From Prolixibacteraceae bacterium (lineage in GTDB: Bacteria; Bacteroidota; Bacteroidia; Bacteroidales; Prolixibacteraceae): a stretch of DNA of 64,000 nucleotides. Below the pieces are notes generated by a model, which worked only from the letters and a program-made list of their open reading frames with translations, made no database searches and had not been told where the DNA came from. A program made the translations under genes and the position numbers. Every line of letters begins with the position of its first letter. Positions within the stretch are counted from its first letter, which is position 1. The stretch covers positions 4,493 to 68,492 of the forward strand of contig JAIOZY010000020.1 of assembly GCA_021740385.1 (NCBI GenBank). Direction: 5' to 3'. This document shows, one piece after another, positions 9,301 to 18,627 of this stretch.

Positions 9301-10447
9301 TCCAAAGGTTTCCGAAACGGTCTTCAGCAAAGGTGTTTATATCCTCGTAGCTAAGCCAGTTAAGGCGGTATGGATGTTGGGTATAGGTTTCGAATTTAAA
9401 CAAATCGGGGTGGTAATACGATACCCCTTTTTTATAGGTCCCCAGCCAAATGATGTTTTCGTCGTCTTTATACATGCATGTAATGCTGTTTTGCGAAATG
9501 CTTTTCTCGTCGCCGGGGTCGTTGGTGTAATTCTTTACCGAAAAATTCTTTTTTGAAATAACAATCAGGCCCCCGTGGTCGGAGCCAACTGCAATGTTGC
9601 CATCAATGTCTTCGCGGGCACAGGTAATGATATTGCTGTTAATCGGGTGTGTTTTTGATCCGGTGCAAAAATGGACTGTTTTTTCCGTTTGGGGGTTGAA
9701 GTAGTAGATCCCATCGTTTTCATTACGCGAATAAACCCACAGGTTGTTATCCGAATCGGGAAGCAGGCTAAAGTTATATTCGCCGGGCTGTACGCGTGTT
9801 GTAAGGTGATTGTAACGTGCAATGACCGTTTGCGTTAGGGGGTTGAACTTTTCGAGCACAAAATTGCTGTGCAGTAACCAAAAATTGCCATCGGGGGCCC
9901 GTTCGCAACTTGTAAGCGGCGAATTTGACAGTCCTTCATCGCCGCCGGGTGCAAAAAGCCTGATGCTGTCTGTAGTGGCATCGCGCCTGTAAAGTCCGTC
10001 GATTTGGTTTATAATCCAGAAGTTGTTGCCATCATCTGCCAGGGTATTAATGATGTTGGTAGTTGGTACGGGAATGTTCAGGGGCATCAGTGAGTCGGGG
10101 TGGCTGAATGTTTCGGTTTCCGGATTGAAAATATCTAACCCCGATGATGTTACAATCCAGAGCTTTCCGTTGTTGTCTTCATGAATGTTCGAAACAAGAT
10201 TGTCGTTAATCGAATAAAGGGGGTTCGTGCCTTTGCGAAAAACCCGGCATTCGTATCCGTCAAAACGGTTCAGGCCGTTAACGGTACCAATCCAGATAAA
10301 GCCCCTTGAGTCTTTATAAATGGTGTTAATCTGATTGCTCGACAAACCACTGTTAACATCCAGTTTTTTAAACTGAAAGTTTTTTGTCTGGGCCGGAAGG
10401 GCCGAAACAATCAGTAACAGGAATATGTTAGCAGCGAGTTTGATCAT
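6311..10447 (-). CDS. Hybrid two-component system regulator (periplasmic beta-propeller/Y_Y_Y sensor, HisKA, HATPase, receiver, AraC-type HTH)
   Basis: Repeated ..IWIGT..GL..F propeller units and one TM segment. H-box FFTNISHEFRTPLT, G-boxes DTGIGI / GSGIGL, receiver LLLVEDNPD..DLIVSDIMMP, C-terminal AraC HTH. ATG at 10447; the track start at 10456 is TTG. Confidence 0.9.
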   Translation of the reverse strand: MIKLAANIFLLLIVSALPAQTKNFQFKKLDVNSGLSSNQINTIYKDSRGFIWIGTVNGLNRFDGYECRVFRKGTNPLYSINDNLVSNIHEDNNGKLWIVTSSGLDIFNPETETFSHPDSLMPLNIPVPTTNIINTLADDGNNFWIINQIDGLYRRDATTDSIRLFAPGGDEGLSNSPLTSCERAPDGNFWLLHSNFVLEKFNPLTQTVIARYNHLTTRVQPGEYNFSLLPDSDNNLWVYSRNENDGIYYFNPQTEKTVHFCTGSKTHPINSNIITCAREDIDGNIAVGSDHGGLIVISKKNFSVKNYTNDPGDEKSISQNSITCMYKDDENIIWLGTYKKGVSYYHPDLFKFETYTQHPYRLNWLSYEDINTFAEDRFGNLWIGTNGGGLIYFNRTNNTFKTYKNNPNNPNSLGNDVIVDLCIDHEGGLWIGTYLGGLNYFDGKNFTRYLNDPNNPNSISDNEIWSVFEDSENQIWIGTLGSGLEKFDRENNRFIHYNVEKPNSVHSNYIMAIDENIDGNIWFATANGVDLFDKESGRFIRFYSNNEPNSISSNTTLDIYCDSRGLVWIATRDGLNLYNPKSQKFTVLNTNDGLPDNNILTVLEDDQGNIWMGTPLGLCNLIIEEIGNELSFRVKVWDERDGLHGKEFNEHAALKTSKGELVFGGADGFCIFQPEKLGSLPYNPNIVLSNLSIQNKPVKVGEEINKRVLLPVSLNYVDEITLKHYEKTFSISFAALNYFTPEKTVYHYKMEGFNTEWTTVASSSREATYTNLHPDEYTFRVYASDPDNLVRSKEIQLHINIPPPLWKTKWAYSIYLILILFVIFYSIQLFIKRERNKFLIQQERIETAKVHEMDMMKIKFFTNISHEFRTPLTLILSPLEKIIKTTKDVTTKEQLQRVRNNGRRLLNLVNQLLDFRRLEVQGLSLVLREDELIGFCREVTTSFSDLSESRNIELNFSSNVKELNASFDFDKIEKILFNLLSNAFKFTPGNGTIDVNILYDKKDPEKQNVIIQVCDTGIGIPADKKEIIFERFVQNAPENAGINRGSGIGLSLTREFVQLHGGNISVESEVDKGSCFKVTLPVKEHIETETVSPSKELLAGKPISEKHPGAKPTAGTGNFKLLLVEDNPDIRFYLKDNLKLNYTIMEASNGLQAWETTLKEMPDLIVSDIMMPVMDGIELCRKIKTDNRTSHVPVILLTARTTDQHRIEGLGTGADDYITKPFNFEILELKIKNLVEQRKTLRKLYQQNFDLQPAEINITSLDEKFLKKIKDITENNMHEPDFSVEKLSNEFGISRAHLYNKLVALTGKTPIEFIRILRVRRAAQLLEKSQLTVMEIAYKVGFNDPRYFTKHFKNEYKMTPSQYAKKYFKAPQNNNTRL

Positions 10448-10494
10448 TCCTGCCAAAAATAGTATTTAATGATCAGAAAAATAAATTCAAAAAC

Positions 10495-11559
10495 TTAAAG
10501 CCACTTTTTTCGTCTGAAATAAACAATCATCACAATTGCCAGAATTGCCATTATTGCCAGCATAATGAAATAGCTGTATCTGAAACGAAGTTCGGGTATA
10601 TATTCAAAATTTGTACCGTAAATACCGGCAATAAAAGTGAGCGGGATGAAAATTGCGGCAAACATTGTAAGCACTTTCATCACGTCGTTAGCACGGTTGG
10701 CCAGGTTGGTGTTGTAAATGTTCAACTGGTCGCCAATCATTATGTAGTAAACGTCTGCTGTTTCGAGGGCGTGGTTAAGCAGGTCGTCGAGGTCGTTGAA
10801 ATAGGGGAGCGACGATTCTTCGATTAATTCAGAATCGGTGTTTTTTAGATTTTTGGTAATGTCGCGTACCGGCCTTATTGTTTTGCGCAGGTAGCTTATC
10901 TCGGTTTTTAACCTGAAAATTTCTTCTATAACCTGTTTGCCGTTTTTTGAAAGGATTTTTTCTTCGTTTGCTTCAACCTGTTCGCCAATTGAGCTGAGAC
11001 ACACGCTGTAATGGTCGACAATGGTATCGAGAATACGGTACATCAGGTAATCGGCATTGCTTTTGCGTAATTTACCGGTATTGTTGCGCAGGCGTTCCCT
11101 TATAGAGTTGAAAAATTCACCCGTTTTTTCCTGAAAGGATACGACATAATCGGGTCCGAGAATCAGCGTAATATGATCGGCAATAATGCTTTTCGACACT
11201 TCATTATAAACAAGCTGTTTCAGGAACAAAATGATGTTGTTGCCGTCTTCAAGGTATTTTGGGCGCTGGTCGGTGTTTACAATATCATCGAGCACCAGTG
11301 GCGATAAGCCAAAGGCTTTTCCAACCTCCGATATGGCAGTTGATTCGTGCAGCCCGTCAATGTTAATCCAGTTGATATGCCCCGGGGCCATGGCCGATAT
11401 CAGGTCACCGGTATTTTCGGTTTCCGTTTCCCTGATGTTTTCTTTGTTGTATGAAATGAGCCTGAACCTTGGCCTTTCCATCAATTTTTGGCCAATGAAC
11501 GTCAGTTCACCGGGCGCTTGTCCGATTAACTTTTTTCTGTTTTTAAAAAAACGAGCCAT
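10495..11559 (-). CDS. corA: CorA-family magnesium/cobalt transporter
   Basis: 354 aa, two C-terminal TM helices, YGTNF variant of the GMN-type motif (GIYGTNFEYIPEL). Confidence 0.8.
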   Translation of the reverse strand: MARFFKNRKKLIGQAPGELTFIGQKLMERPRFRLISYNKENIRETETENTGDLISAMAPGHINWINIDGLHESTAISEVGKAFGLSPLVLDDIVNTDQRPKYLEDGNNIILFLKQLVYNEVSKSIIADHITLILGPDYVVSFQEKTGEFFNSIRERLRNNTGKLRKSNADYLMYRILDTIVDHYSVCLSSIGEQVEANEEKILSKNGKQVIEEIFRLKTEISYLRKTIRPVRDITKNLKNTDSELIEESSLPYFNDLDDLLNHALETADVYYIMIGDQLNIYNTNLANRANDVMKVLTMFAAIFIPLTFIAGIYGTNFEYIPELRFRYSYFIMLAIMAILAIVMIVYFRRKKWL

Positions 11560-11561
11560 TG

Positions 11562-13799
11562 TTAAGTAATTTCTTTAATGTCCTGTGAATTTACGAAAAG
11601 TGTTGTTCCTATGCTGTCATACCCCGAAAAAAGTGCTTCCTTTTCGTGTTTCAGGGTTTCTTCCCTGAACCCGATCATGGTAAGTGCTGCGTTGGCAGAG
11701 CGGTCGTTAATTATTTTTTTGTACGAAATGTTTTCGGGCTGTTCAATAATTTCAATGTTCTGGGTGGTGATGGGCAGTCGCCCCGAAACAACCATTTTTT
11801 CTAAACGCTGCCTGACCTCTTCTATCTCAGACTTTTGACATATTTCAAAAATTTTGATGGTCGATTTTTTCCAGTCGGGGTGTCCCAGGATGATAAAACT
11901 TAAAAGGATCATGAGGTTTGCATTGTACTGGTCGCTCGATTTGATCCATACATGTATACCCTGTACAAACTCGATGTGTTTGCCGGTTGATGCCAGGATG
12001 CAAACGTCGAAATCACCCGAACGGACCATGGCAAAATTATCGATGATGTTGTTCAGGTTTTTACCCGACTGTTTGTCGTATTCAAAAATAACCATGTTGT
12101 TTTCCATGCCGGCAATGCCCGGCATTTGTATGGCCTGGGCAATGGCCGATGTATACGAGGGTGAAATAAGCGTGTCGATGTAAACGTGGTTTTCGATATG
12201 GTCGAAACGTTTAATGATTTGTTGAGTAATTTCTTTCGATTTTTCAAAGGTCGTTGTTGAATAATAGTCTTTTATTAAGTGCAGGAACGTGCCAAAACCA
12301 TACATGTACGAAATCCAGTTTAAAAACCGGAACACTTCGTTGCGCTCGAATGTGTCTTCTGAGATGCATATAGCGCTTGGCCGCCATTCATTAGCGCTTT
12401 CATTGTTGGTTTTCTGAAGGTAAACCTGAATGTTCCGGTTCATTTGGTAAATGGCATTGGCAAAAATCGACTGCAAGCCCTTACGCTCCTTGTTAACCCT
12501 GGCAATGTAAAGGTAAAGCAGCGACATGATAATGAAGGCTATAACGGCATATAGCGAATCGATTTTGAACATTACCCAAACAGCTACAATGAACCCAATA
12601 AGCGAAATAAACCACTTCGATTTAAACGAAGGCCGGTACGAGGGCGATGTACCAAAGTGGTTCAGGAACGATATGAGGCAGATGGATCCATACGTAACCA
12701 TGAAAAACATTGAAATAATGCTTGCTACAGCGTTAACATCGCCAAGGGCAACAAATACAAATGCAATAATAATGGTTAACAGCGATGCATTGCGGGGTTC
12801 TCCTTTATGTTCGGTAGCCAGCCAGCTATTGATTTTTTTAGTGGGAAACGATTTATCGGCAGCAAGCGCCTGCATGGTACGCGGGGCTACCATAACGGAC
12901 CCCAGGGCCGAAGAAAAGGTTGAAGCTGCCAGCCCCAGTGGAATAATAACCGAACCGCCAAGGGCAATTTTTGCCATTATCAGCTGGTTTGCAGTTAACT
13001 CTTCGGGTGTAACCGACATAGCCAGCTTGTAAACAATAAAGAAATAAATGATCATTCCCGAAAGGGTGGCAAGCGTAGTGCCCAGGGGGATCGATTTTGA
13101 GGGGTTTCGCAAATCGCCCGATAAGCCTACCCCGGCTGTCATTCCTGTAAAGGCCGGAAAAACAATGGCAAAAACCAGGAAAAAATCCTGGCCGTTCCGG
13201 AATTCGGCATTTGCCAGGCCAAAATCGCTGGTTGTTGCATGACCCGTTGTGCCCAAAAAAAACATGATGAGCGAAATGAACAATATGCCCACAACAATAT
13301 AAAGGGCTTTTACACCCATGCCGGCGCCTTTTTTCAAAATGAGGTAGGACAGTCCGGCCATAACGGGCAGGCTAATAACCTGGCGGGGTAAAACAAAGTC
13401 GAATTTATTGGCAATGAAATCGAAAAAAAACTGGAAGGCTTCGGTGAAGGCAATTACATAAAATGCAACACTGATGGCCTGCGAAAGGTATAAGGCAATG
13501 CCAATGGTAGCCCCAATGTTTAATCCAAACGAACGGGAAATAATGAAATATTCGCCCCCGCCCAAAACCCTTTTGTTCGTTGCAAGTTCCGAAATGGCCA
13601 GTGCTGTTGGAATGGTTACCAGGTGGCCAAGCAATATAATCAGTATTACGCCCCAAAACCCTAAGGTGCCAACGGCAAAGCCAAACCGTAAAAACAAAAT
13701 GGCTCCGAGTATGGTCGAAATGGCTGTAAAGAAAACGGGAGCAGTCCCAAACTTTTTTTGTAGCGGCATAGGTGTTGTGTTAAATTTTTCTCTGTTCAA
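11562..13799 (-). CDS. APC-superfamily permease with a large cytoplasmic C-terminal domain (SLC12 cation-chloride-cotransporter-like)
   Basis: About 12 hydrophobic segments over the first ~460 aa, then a ~280 aa soluble domain. The track start is TTG; an ATG alternative (MPLQKKFG) lies at 13769. Confidence 0.65.
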   Translation of the reverse strand: MNREKFNTTPMPLQKKFGTAPVFFTAISTILGAILFLRFGFAVGTLGFWGVILIILLGHLVTIPTALAISELATNKRVLGGGEYFIISRSFGLNIGATIGIALYLSQAISVAFYVIAFTEAFQFFFDFIANKFDFVLPRQVISLPVMAGLSYLILKKGAGMGVKALYIVVGILFISLIMFFLGTTGHATTSDFGLANAEFRNGQDFFLVFAIVFPAFTGMTAGVGLSGDLRNPSKSIPLGTTLATLSGMIIYFFIVYKLAMSVTPEELTANQLIMAKIALGGSVIIPLGLAASTFSSALGSVMVAPRTMQALAADKSFPTKKINSWLATEHKGEPRNASLLTIIIAFVFVALGDVNAVASIISMFFMVTYGSICLISFLNHFGTSPSYRPSFKSKWFISLIGFIVAVWVMFKIDSLYAVIAFIIMSLLYLYIARVNKERKGLQSIFANAIYQMNRNIQVYLQKTNNESANEWRPSAICISEDTFERNEVFRFLNWISYMYGFGTFLHLIKDYYSTTTFEKSKEITQQIIKRFDHIENHVYIDTLISPSYTSAIAQAIQMPGIAGMENNMVIFEYDKQSGKNLNNIIDNFAMVRSGDFDVCILASTGKHIEFVQGIHVWIKSSDQYNANLMILLSFIILGHPDWKKSTIKIFEICQKSEIEEVRQRLEKMVVSGRLPITTQNIEIIEQPENISYKKIINDRSANAALTMIGFREETLKHEKEALFSGYDSIGTTLFVNSQDIKEIT

Positions 13800-13898
13800 A
13801 TTTCATAAATATTTTTTATCCGAAGATACATTTCCTGAAAAAGTTTTTTACCGATAAAAAAAAGTCATCCCCCGATTGCAACCTTTTAATTTTTTTCA

Positions 13899-14393
13899 TT
13901 GTCTCTACCTTTAGCCTTGAAAACCCAAAGAAAGGTTTTGCTGCTTCCTGCCTGCATGGCATCAAATACCCGTTGTAAAGCAAAAAATGGGAAAATTGGG
14001 ATGACTTGCCAAAAATGTTCATCGGGTTGCAATGTTTCAAAAATTGTCGATGAAATGAGAAAACAAGGAGTGGAAACCTTAATATTTGAACATACATCGG
14101 ATTATATGAAATGGTTGAAGCCCCTGAATAACAGGAAAAACACAGGTCTGATTGGTACAGCTTGTGTGCCGAATTTGCTCTCGGGCGGTTTCGCGCTTAA
14201 AAGGATGAATATTCCCTCGCAATGCATATACCTTGATTACAGCGGCTGCAGCCGGCATTGGTGTAAAAACGATAGGCCAACAACAATAGTTCTTTCGAAG
14301 CTGAAAAGGCTTGTTGATGCTGAATTTATTGATTACAACCGGGTTGAAGTACTTGAAAAAATTGATGTGAAGGCAGAAACGACTGTAGCTTAA
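13899..14393 (+). CDS. Cys-rich DUF116-like protein
   Basis: LLLPACMA...C.A..G...CQKCSSGC pattern resembles the DUF116 family. The conserved stretch precedes the first ATG, so a TTG start (13899) is implied. Recognition is weak. Confidence 0.35.
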   Translation: MSLPLALKTQRKVLLLPACMASNTRCKAKNGKIGMTCQKCSSGCNVSKIVDEMRKQGVETLIFEHTSDYMKWLKPLNNRKNTGLIGTACVPNLLSGGFALKRMNIPSQCIYLDYSGCSRHWCKNDRPTTIVLSKLKRLVDAEFIDYNRVEVLEKIDVKAETTVA

Positions 14394-14651
14394 AATTTTT
14401 TTGCCTAAGGGCTTCAATACTGATGATTGTCATGTTTTTTAAAACAAGGTAAACGGGTAATAATATAACAATGGAATGAACAAATATTGCAAAATATTAA
14501 TAGAAATAATGGCCTAATCACAAATCAAAAATTGTAAGATGAAAACAAAAAATGTAATTAAAAAGCAAATTGCCAGTCGCTCGAAATACTGAAAGGGCAT
14601 ATATGTTCGAATTGTTCGCAAAACTGTGCAATATCAAAACTTTCGCTGGAA

Positions 14652-14933
14652 ATGAAAGATAAAGGCATTTATACGTTTATAGACAGGGACGAATCGGGCA
14701 TTGCCGGTTATTTGAATAAATGGGCAAATCAAAACGATGTTGGGATTATTGCCTCGGCACATTTAGTGGACCTTTTATCGGTGGCGTTCGAAATGGAAAG
14801 GTTGGATATGCCTGCACAGTGTGTTATTCTTGAAAACGGCATTTATAAAGAGCAGCTTTTCGGACCCGAAAAAGAAGCTGTTGCCATACAATTGCAAAAA
14901 CATCAAGAAAAAAGGCACGTTGCTTTTGCTTAA
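14652..14933 (+). CDS. Small hypothetical protein (93 aa)
   Basis: ORF with an ATG start, followed by a canonical hairpin plus T-run terminator at 14958-14992. No family recognised. Confidence 0.45.
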   Translation: MKDKGIYTFIDRDESGIAGYLNKWANQNDVGIIASAHLVDLLSVAFEMERLDMPAQCVILENGIYKEQLFGPEKEAVAIQLQKHQEKRHVAFA

Positions 14934-14957
14934 GCAAATAATTAGCAGAATGTTCGA

Positions 14958-14992
14958 AAAACCATGGCCAGATAAAGCCGTGGTTTTTTTTG
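14958..14992 (+). terminator. Rho-independent terminator
   Basis: AACCATGGC cagataaa GCCGTGGTT followed by TTTTTTTT. Confidence 0.7.
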
Positions 14993-15148
14993 TATCATTA
15001 CTTTTTCATTGTAAAATCCGGCTGTATATGCAGGCTTTGTGATTTAGCTCACCAATTAAATGTTTCCTTTTTCATAATTTTAATAATTATTGATTTTACT
15101 AAATGATTTTTGCGTTATATTGAACCATTAATTCACAAATAATTGCCG

Positions 15149-16315
15149 ATGAAATTGTATGAATATCAATCGAAAGCTTTACTGAAAAAAGCAACACTGC
15201 CTGTACCCGCCAGCATTCATGTATCGAAAGCCTCGGATGTACCTGCTGCACTGAAACAAACAGGTATTAAAACAGGCGTTGTTAAAGCACAGGCCTTTAC
15301 CGGGGGCAGGGGCAAGGCCGGTGGGGTGAAATTTTTCCGATCGGTTGATGAGGCCAAATCAATTGCTTCTGAAATGATTGGCATGAAACTGGTGACGAAA
15401 CAAACAGGTCCCGAAGGTGTAACCGTTAATTCGGTTTTACTGGAGGAGGCCAGCAACATTGAACGGGAATTTTATATGGCGCTTTTGCTCGACAGGTCGA
15501 AAGTAAACCCGGTTATTATGATTTCGCCCGATGGCGGGATGGAAATTGAAGTGGTGGCTGAAAAAACACCCGAACGTATTCTTCGCCTTTATCCTGAAAT
15601 TGGTCAGCCCCTTTCTGATAAATTAAAAAAAGAGGGAGCCGATTTTCTTGGCCTTACCGGTGAAAATGAAAAACAGTTTGGAGAAATTTTACAGAAACTG
15701 TATGGTGTTTACACTGAATATGATGCTTCGTTGCTTGAAATAAACCCGTTGGTTCTTGCAAAAGATAAAGGGTTAGCCATTCTCGATTGCAAATTCGATA
15801 TCGATGATAATGCCGTATTCCGACAGGCCGAAAGCGGGGGAAACCCAAATGCAGAAAAAACGGAAGCTGAAATTGAAGCCTCCAGCTACGGGTTAAATTA
15901 TATCTCGCTTCAGGGAAACATTGGTTGCATGGTAAATGGAGCAGGCCTTGCAATGGCAACCATGGATTCCATAAAATATTACGGCGGCGAACCAGCAAAC
16001 TTCCTCGATGTTGGCGGTTCGGCTTCCGAAGAAGCTGTTGCCAAGGCTTTTGAAATCATTACATCTGATGCCAAAGTTGAATGCATTCTGGTAAACATTT
16101 TTGGCGGGATTATGCAGTGCGATACCATTGCCCACGGAATTATTGCAGGCGTAAAAAAGAGTGAGCTTAAACTTCCGCTGGTTGTTAGGCTCGAAGGCAC
16201 GAATGTCGAAATTGGTAAAAAAATTATTCAGGAATCGGGATTAAACATTATCAGTGCTACCGACCTGGACGACGGGGCAAAAAAAGCGGTTTCAGTCATT
16301 TCAAAAAACAAGTAA
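15149..16315 (+). CDS. sucC: Succinate--CoA ligase (ADP-forming) beta subunit
   Basis: [13 protein letters not shown]-terminus, ATP-grasp region, [17 protein letters not shown] and NIFGGI motifs. It is followed 3 nt later by sucD. ATG at 15149. Confidence 0.9.
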   Translation: MKLYEYQSKALLKKATLPVPASIHVSKASDVPAALKQTGIKTGVVKAQAFTGGRGKAGGVKFFRSVDEAKSIASEMIGMKLVTKQTGPEGVTVNSVLLEEASNIEREFYMALLLDRSKVNPVIMISPDGGMEIEVVAEKTPERILRLYPEIGQPLSDKLKKEGADFLGLTGENEKQFGEILQKLYGVYTEYDASLLEINPLVLAKDKGLAILDCKFDIDDNAVFRQAESGGNPNAEKTEAEIEASSYGLNYISLQGNIGCMVNGAGLAMATMDSIKYYGGEPANFLDVGGSASEEAVAKAFEIITSDAKVECILVNIFGGIMQCDTIAHGIIAGVKKSELKLPLVVRLEGTNVEIGKKIIQESGLNIISATDLDDGAKKAVSVISKNK

Positions 16316-16317
16316 TC

Positions 16318-17232
16318 ATGTCAATACTCGTAAATAAACATACAAAACTCATTACCCAGGGAATAACAGGCAAAGCCGGTTTATTTCATACCATGCAGTG
16401 CCGCGACTACGGCACAAACGTTGTTGGTGGTGTAAACCCAAAAAAAGCAGGTACCGAAGTTGAAGGTTTCCCGGTTTTTGGCTCGGTTAAAGAAGCCGTT
16501 GAAAAAACAGGTGCAAACACGTCAATGGTTTTTGTGCCGGCACATTTCGCGGGCAAAGCAATTGTTGAAGCGGCCGATGCCGGCATCGAACTGATTGTTG
16601 CCATTACCGAAGGTATTCCCGTGCGGGATATGCTGAATGTTCATCAATACCTGAAAGGAAGCAACTCAACACTGATTGGCCCTAATTGCCCGGGTGTGAC
16701 CACAGCCGATGTGGCTAAAGTGGGCATTGCCCCGGGATTCATCCATCGAAAAGGAAAAATCGGTGTTGTTTCACGGTCGGGTACCCTTACTTACGAAGCC
16801 GTTTACCAAACCACCCGCTCGGGGTTGGGGCAAACAACGGCTGTTGGCATTGGTGGCGACCCGGTTCACGGACTTAACCACATCGATGTAATTCGCATGT
16901 TTGAAGAAGATCCCGAAACCGAAGGAATAATTCTTATTGGTGAAATTGGCGGAAAAGATGAAGAACAGGCAGCCGAATACATAAAAAGCAACGTAACAAA
17001 ACCGGTTACGGCATTTATTGCCGGGGCAACAGCTCCCAAAGGAAAACGGATGGGACATGCCGGGGCAATAATTAGCGGCCCGGGAGGTACTGCTGCCAGT
17101 AAAGTTAAAGCCCTTGAAAATGCCGGGGTGTATGTTGCCAAAACCGCTGCCGATATTGGCCACATCATGTGTGTTGCCCTTCGCGAACAAACCGGCAGGT
17201 GCCAGTGCAATAACGATGAAGAGTGCAGGTAA
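16318..17232 (+). CDS. sucD: Succinate--CoA ligase alpha subunit, with an unusual Cys-rich C-terminal tail
   Basis: [22 protein letters not shown] and MGHAGAII motifs. The last ~20 aa ([20 protein letters not shown]) are additional. Confidence 0.9.
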   Translation: MSILVNKHTKLITQGITGKAGLFHTMQCRDYGTNVVGGVNPKKAGTEVEGFPVFGSVKEAVEKTGANTSMVFVPAHFAGKAIVEAADAGIELIVAITEGIPVRDMLNVHQYLKGSNSTLIGPNCPGVTTADVAKVGIAPGFIHRKGKIGVVSRSGTLTYEAVYQTTRSGLGQTTAVGIGGDPVHGLNHIDVIRMFEEDPETEGIILIGEIGGKDEEQAAEYIKSNVTKPVTAFIAGATAPKGKRMGHAGAIISGPGGTAASKVKALENAGVYVAKTAADIGHIMCVALREQTGRCQCNNDEECR

Positions 17233-17376
17233 CATACAAATCGTTAACGTCGGAATATTGTTGATGCCTCGAATTGTATTCAGAATGCAATAGAAGACTT
17301 TGGAAAGCAATTGAAAACTATTTAAAAAGTTGCTTTCAATTGTATTTATAGCTTTTTACCCCTAAAAACGCACCGA

Positions 17377-17470
17377 GCAACTTCATGATTTTATAGAAAT
17401 ATGTGAAGCCAACTTCATAAATTTAGCTTAATTTGTGAAGTTGGATTCATAAATTTGCTTAACTTTGTGA
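17377..17470. repeat. Three tandem ~30-32 nt direct repeats ending in TTGTGA/ATGTGA, containing a 9-bp inverted repeat
   Basis: Units at 17377-17406, 17407-17438 and 17439-17470 (..AACTTCATAAATTTAGCTTAATTTGTGA..). CCAACTTCA (17409-17417) is complementary to TGAAGTTGG (17436-17444). The repeats end 21 nt before the ATG at 17492. Confidence 0.8.
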
Positions 17471-17491
17471 GGTTGAAATAAGATATAACAG

Positions 17492-18622
17492 ATGCATTAT
17501 TCAAGAACGCTACTTCCTTTAATTCAGAAAAACCTCTATAAGGGAAAAGTTATCATCGTTTACGGGGCTAGGCGAACCGGGAAAACCACACTTGTTAAAG
17601 AATTGATAAAGATGAGTGAAGCAAAAGCCAGATATGTAAACTGTGATTTGCTTCAGTACAGAAAAATGATCGGAACAACCGATTTGATTCTGTTAAAAGA
17701 CTTTATTGGGAACAACAAGTTAGTTGTTTTTGACGAAGCTCAACAAATTGAAAATATTGGTTTGACGTTAAAAATTTTTGCCGATAATTTCCCTGATGTG
17801 CAAATAATTGCCACCGGATCGTCGAGTTTCGAATTGTTTAATCAAGTATCGGAACCCCTTACCGGGCGTTCGAGAAAATATCAGTTAATGCCCATTTCTA
17901 TTGAAGAACTTCATGGCGTTAATGATTTAGTAGCCATAAAATCAGCAATTTCGCAGTATCTGAAATATGGTTTATATCCACAAGTCCTTAATGCTTCTGG
18001 CGATGAGCGGACAGAAGAGATCAATGAAATCACATCGAATTATTTATTTCGGGATCTGTTAAAATTCGAAAACATAAAAAAACCCGATTTAATTCTTGAT
18101 TTGGTAAGGGCAATTGCCCTTCAGTTAGGCAGTGAATGTTCATATAACGAATTGGCTCAGTTAACCAACACAAATGTTCATACCGTAAAAAGGTACATTG
18201 AGTTACTCGAAAAATCTTTTGTGTTGTTTCGGCTCAGGTCATTTAGCCGGAATATCAGAAAGGAGATTAATAAAAGTCAGAAAATTTATTTTTATGATGT
18301 GGGTATCCGTAATTCAATCGTTCAGAATTTTAATGACACCTTTTTTCGGAACGATATCGGCGGATTGTGGGAAAATTTTTGTGTTGCTGAAAGGATTAAG
18401 TATAATGAAAATAACCGAAGGTTTGTAAACCATTATTTCTGGAGGACATACGACCAAAAAGAGATTGATTACATTGAAGAAAAGGACGGTTTATTAACCT
18501 GCTTTGAATTTAAATTCAGCTCCAAAAAACAGCAAAAAATACCCTGGGAATTTCAAAAAGCATATCCGAATTCGGTTTTTAAAACCATTACCCCCGAAAA
18601 CTTTTACGATTTAATAAGCTAA
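17492..18622 (+). CDS. AAA-type ATPase of the AAA_14/DUF4143 family
   Basis: Walker A GARRTGKTT, Walker B VVFDEAQ. The C-terminal region is typical of DUF4143 ATP-binding proteins. Confidence 0.75.
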   Translation: MHYSRTLLPLIQKNLYKGKVIIVYGARRTGKTTLVKELIKMSEAKARYVNCDLLQYRKMIGTTDLILLKDFIGNNKLVVFDEAQQIENIGLTLKIFADNFPDVQIIATGSSSFELFNQVSEPLTGRSRKYQLMPISIEELHGVNDLVAIKSAISQYLKYGLYPQVLNASGDERTEEINEITSNYLFRDLLKFENIKKPDLILDLVRAIALQLGSECSYNELAQLTNTNVHTVKRYIELLEKSFVLFRLRSFSRNIRKEINKSQKIYFYDVGIRNSIVQNFNDTFFRNDIGGLWENFCVAERIKYNENNRRFVNHYFWRTYDQKEIDYIEEKDGLLTCFEFKFSSKKQQKIPWEFQKAYPNSVFKTITPENFYDLIS

Positions 18623-18627
18623 TATTT

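Noticed and set aside
13899-14933. A functional link between the DUF116-like Cys-rich gene, the Cys-rich untranslated frame upstream of 14652 (..CQS..HICSNCSQNC..) and the 93-aa ORF.
   Set aside because: The upstream Cys-rich frame has no usable start codon. The family assignment of 13899..14393 is weak, and nothing ties the genes together beyond adjacency.
17377-17470. Possible CRISPR array (also considered for 58683-58710 and the 62.1-62.8 kb repeats).
   Set aside because: The repeats are directly adjacent with no unique spacers, there are only two to four units, and no cas genes are in the window.
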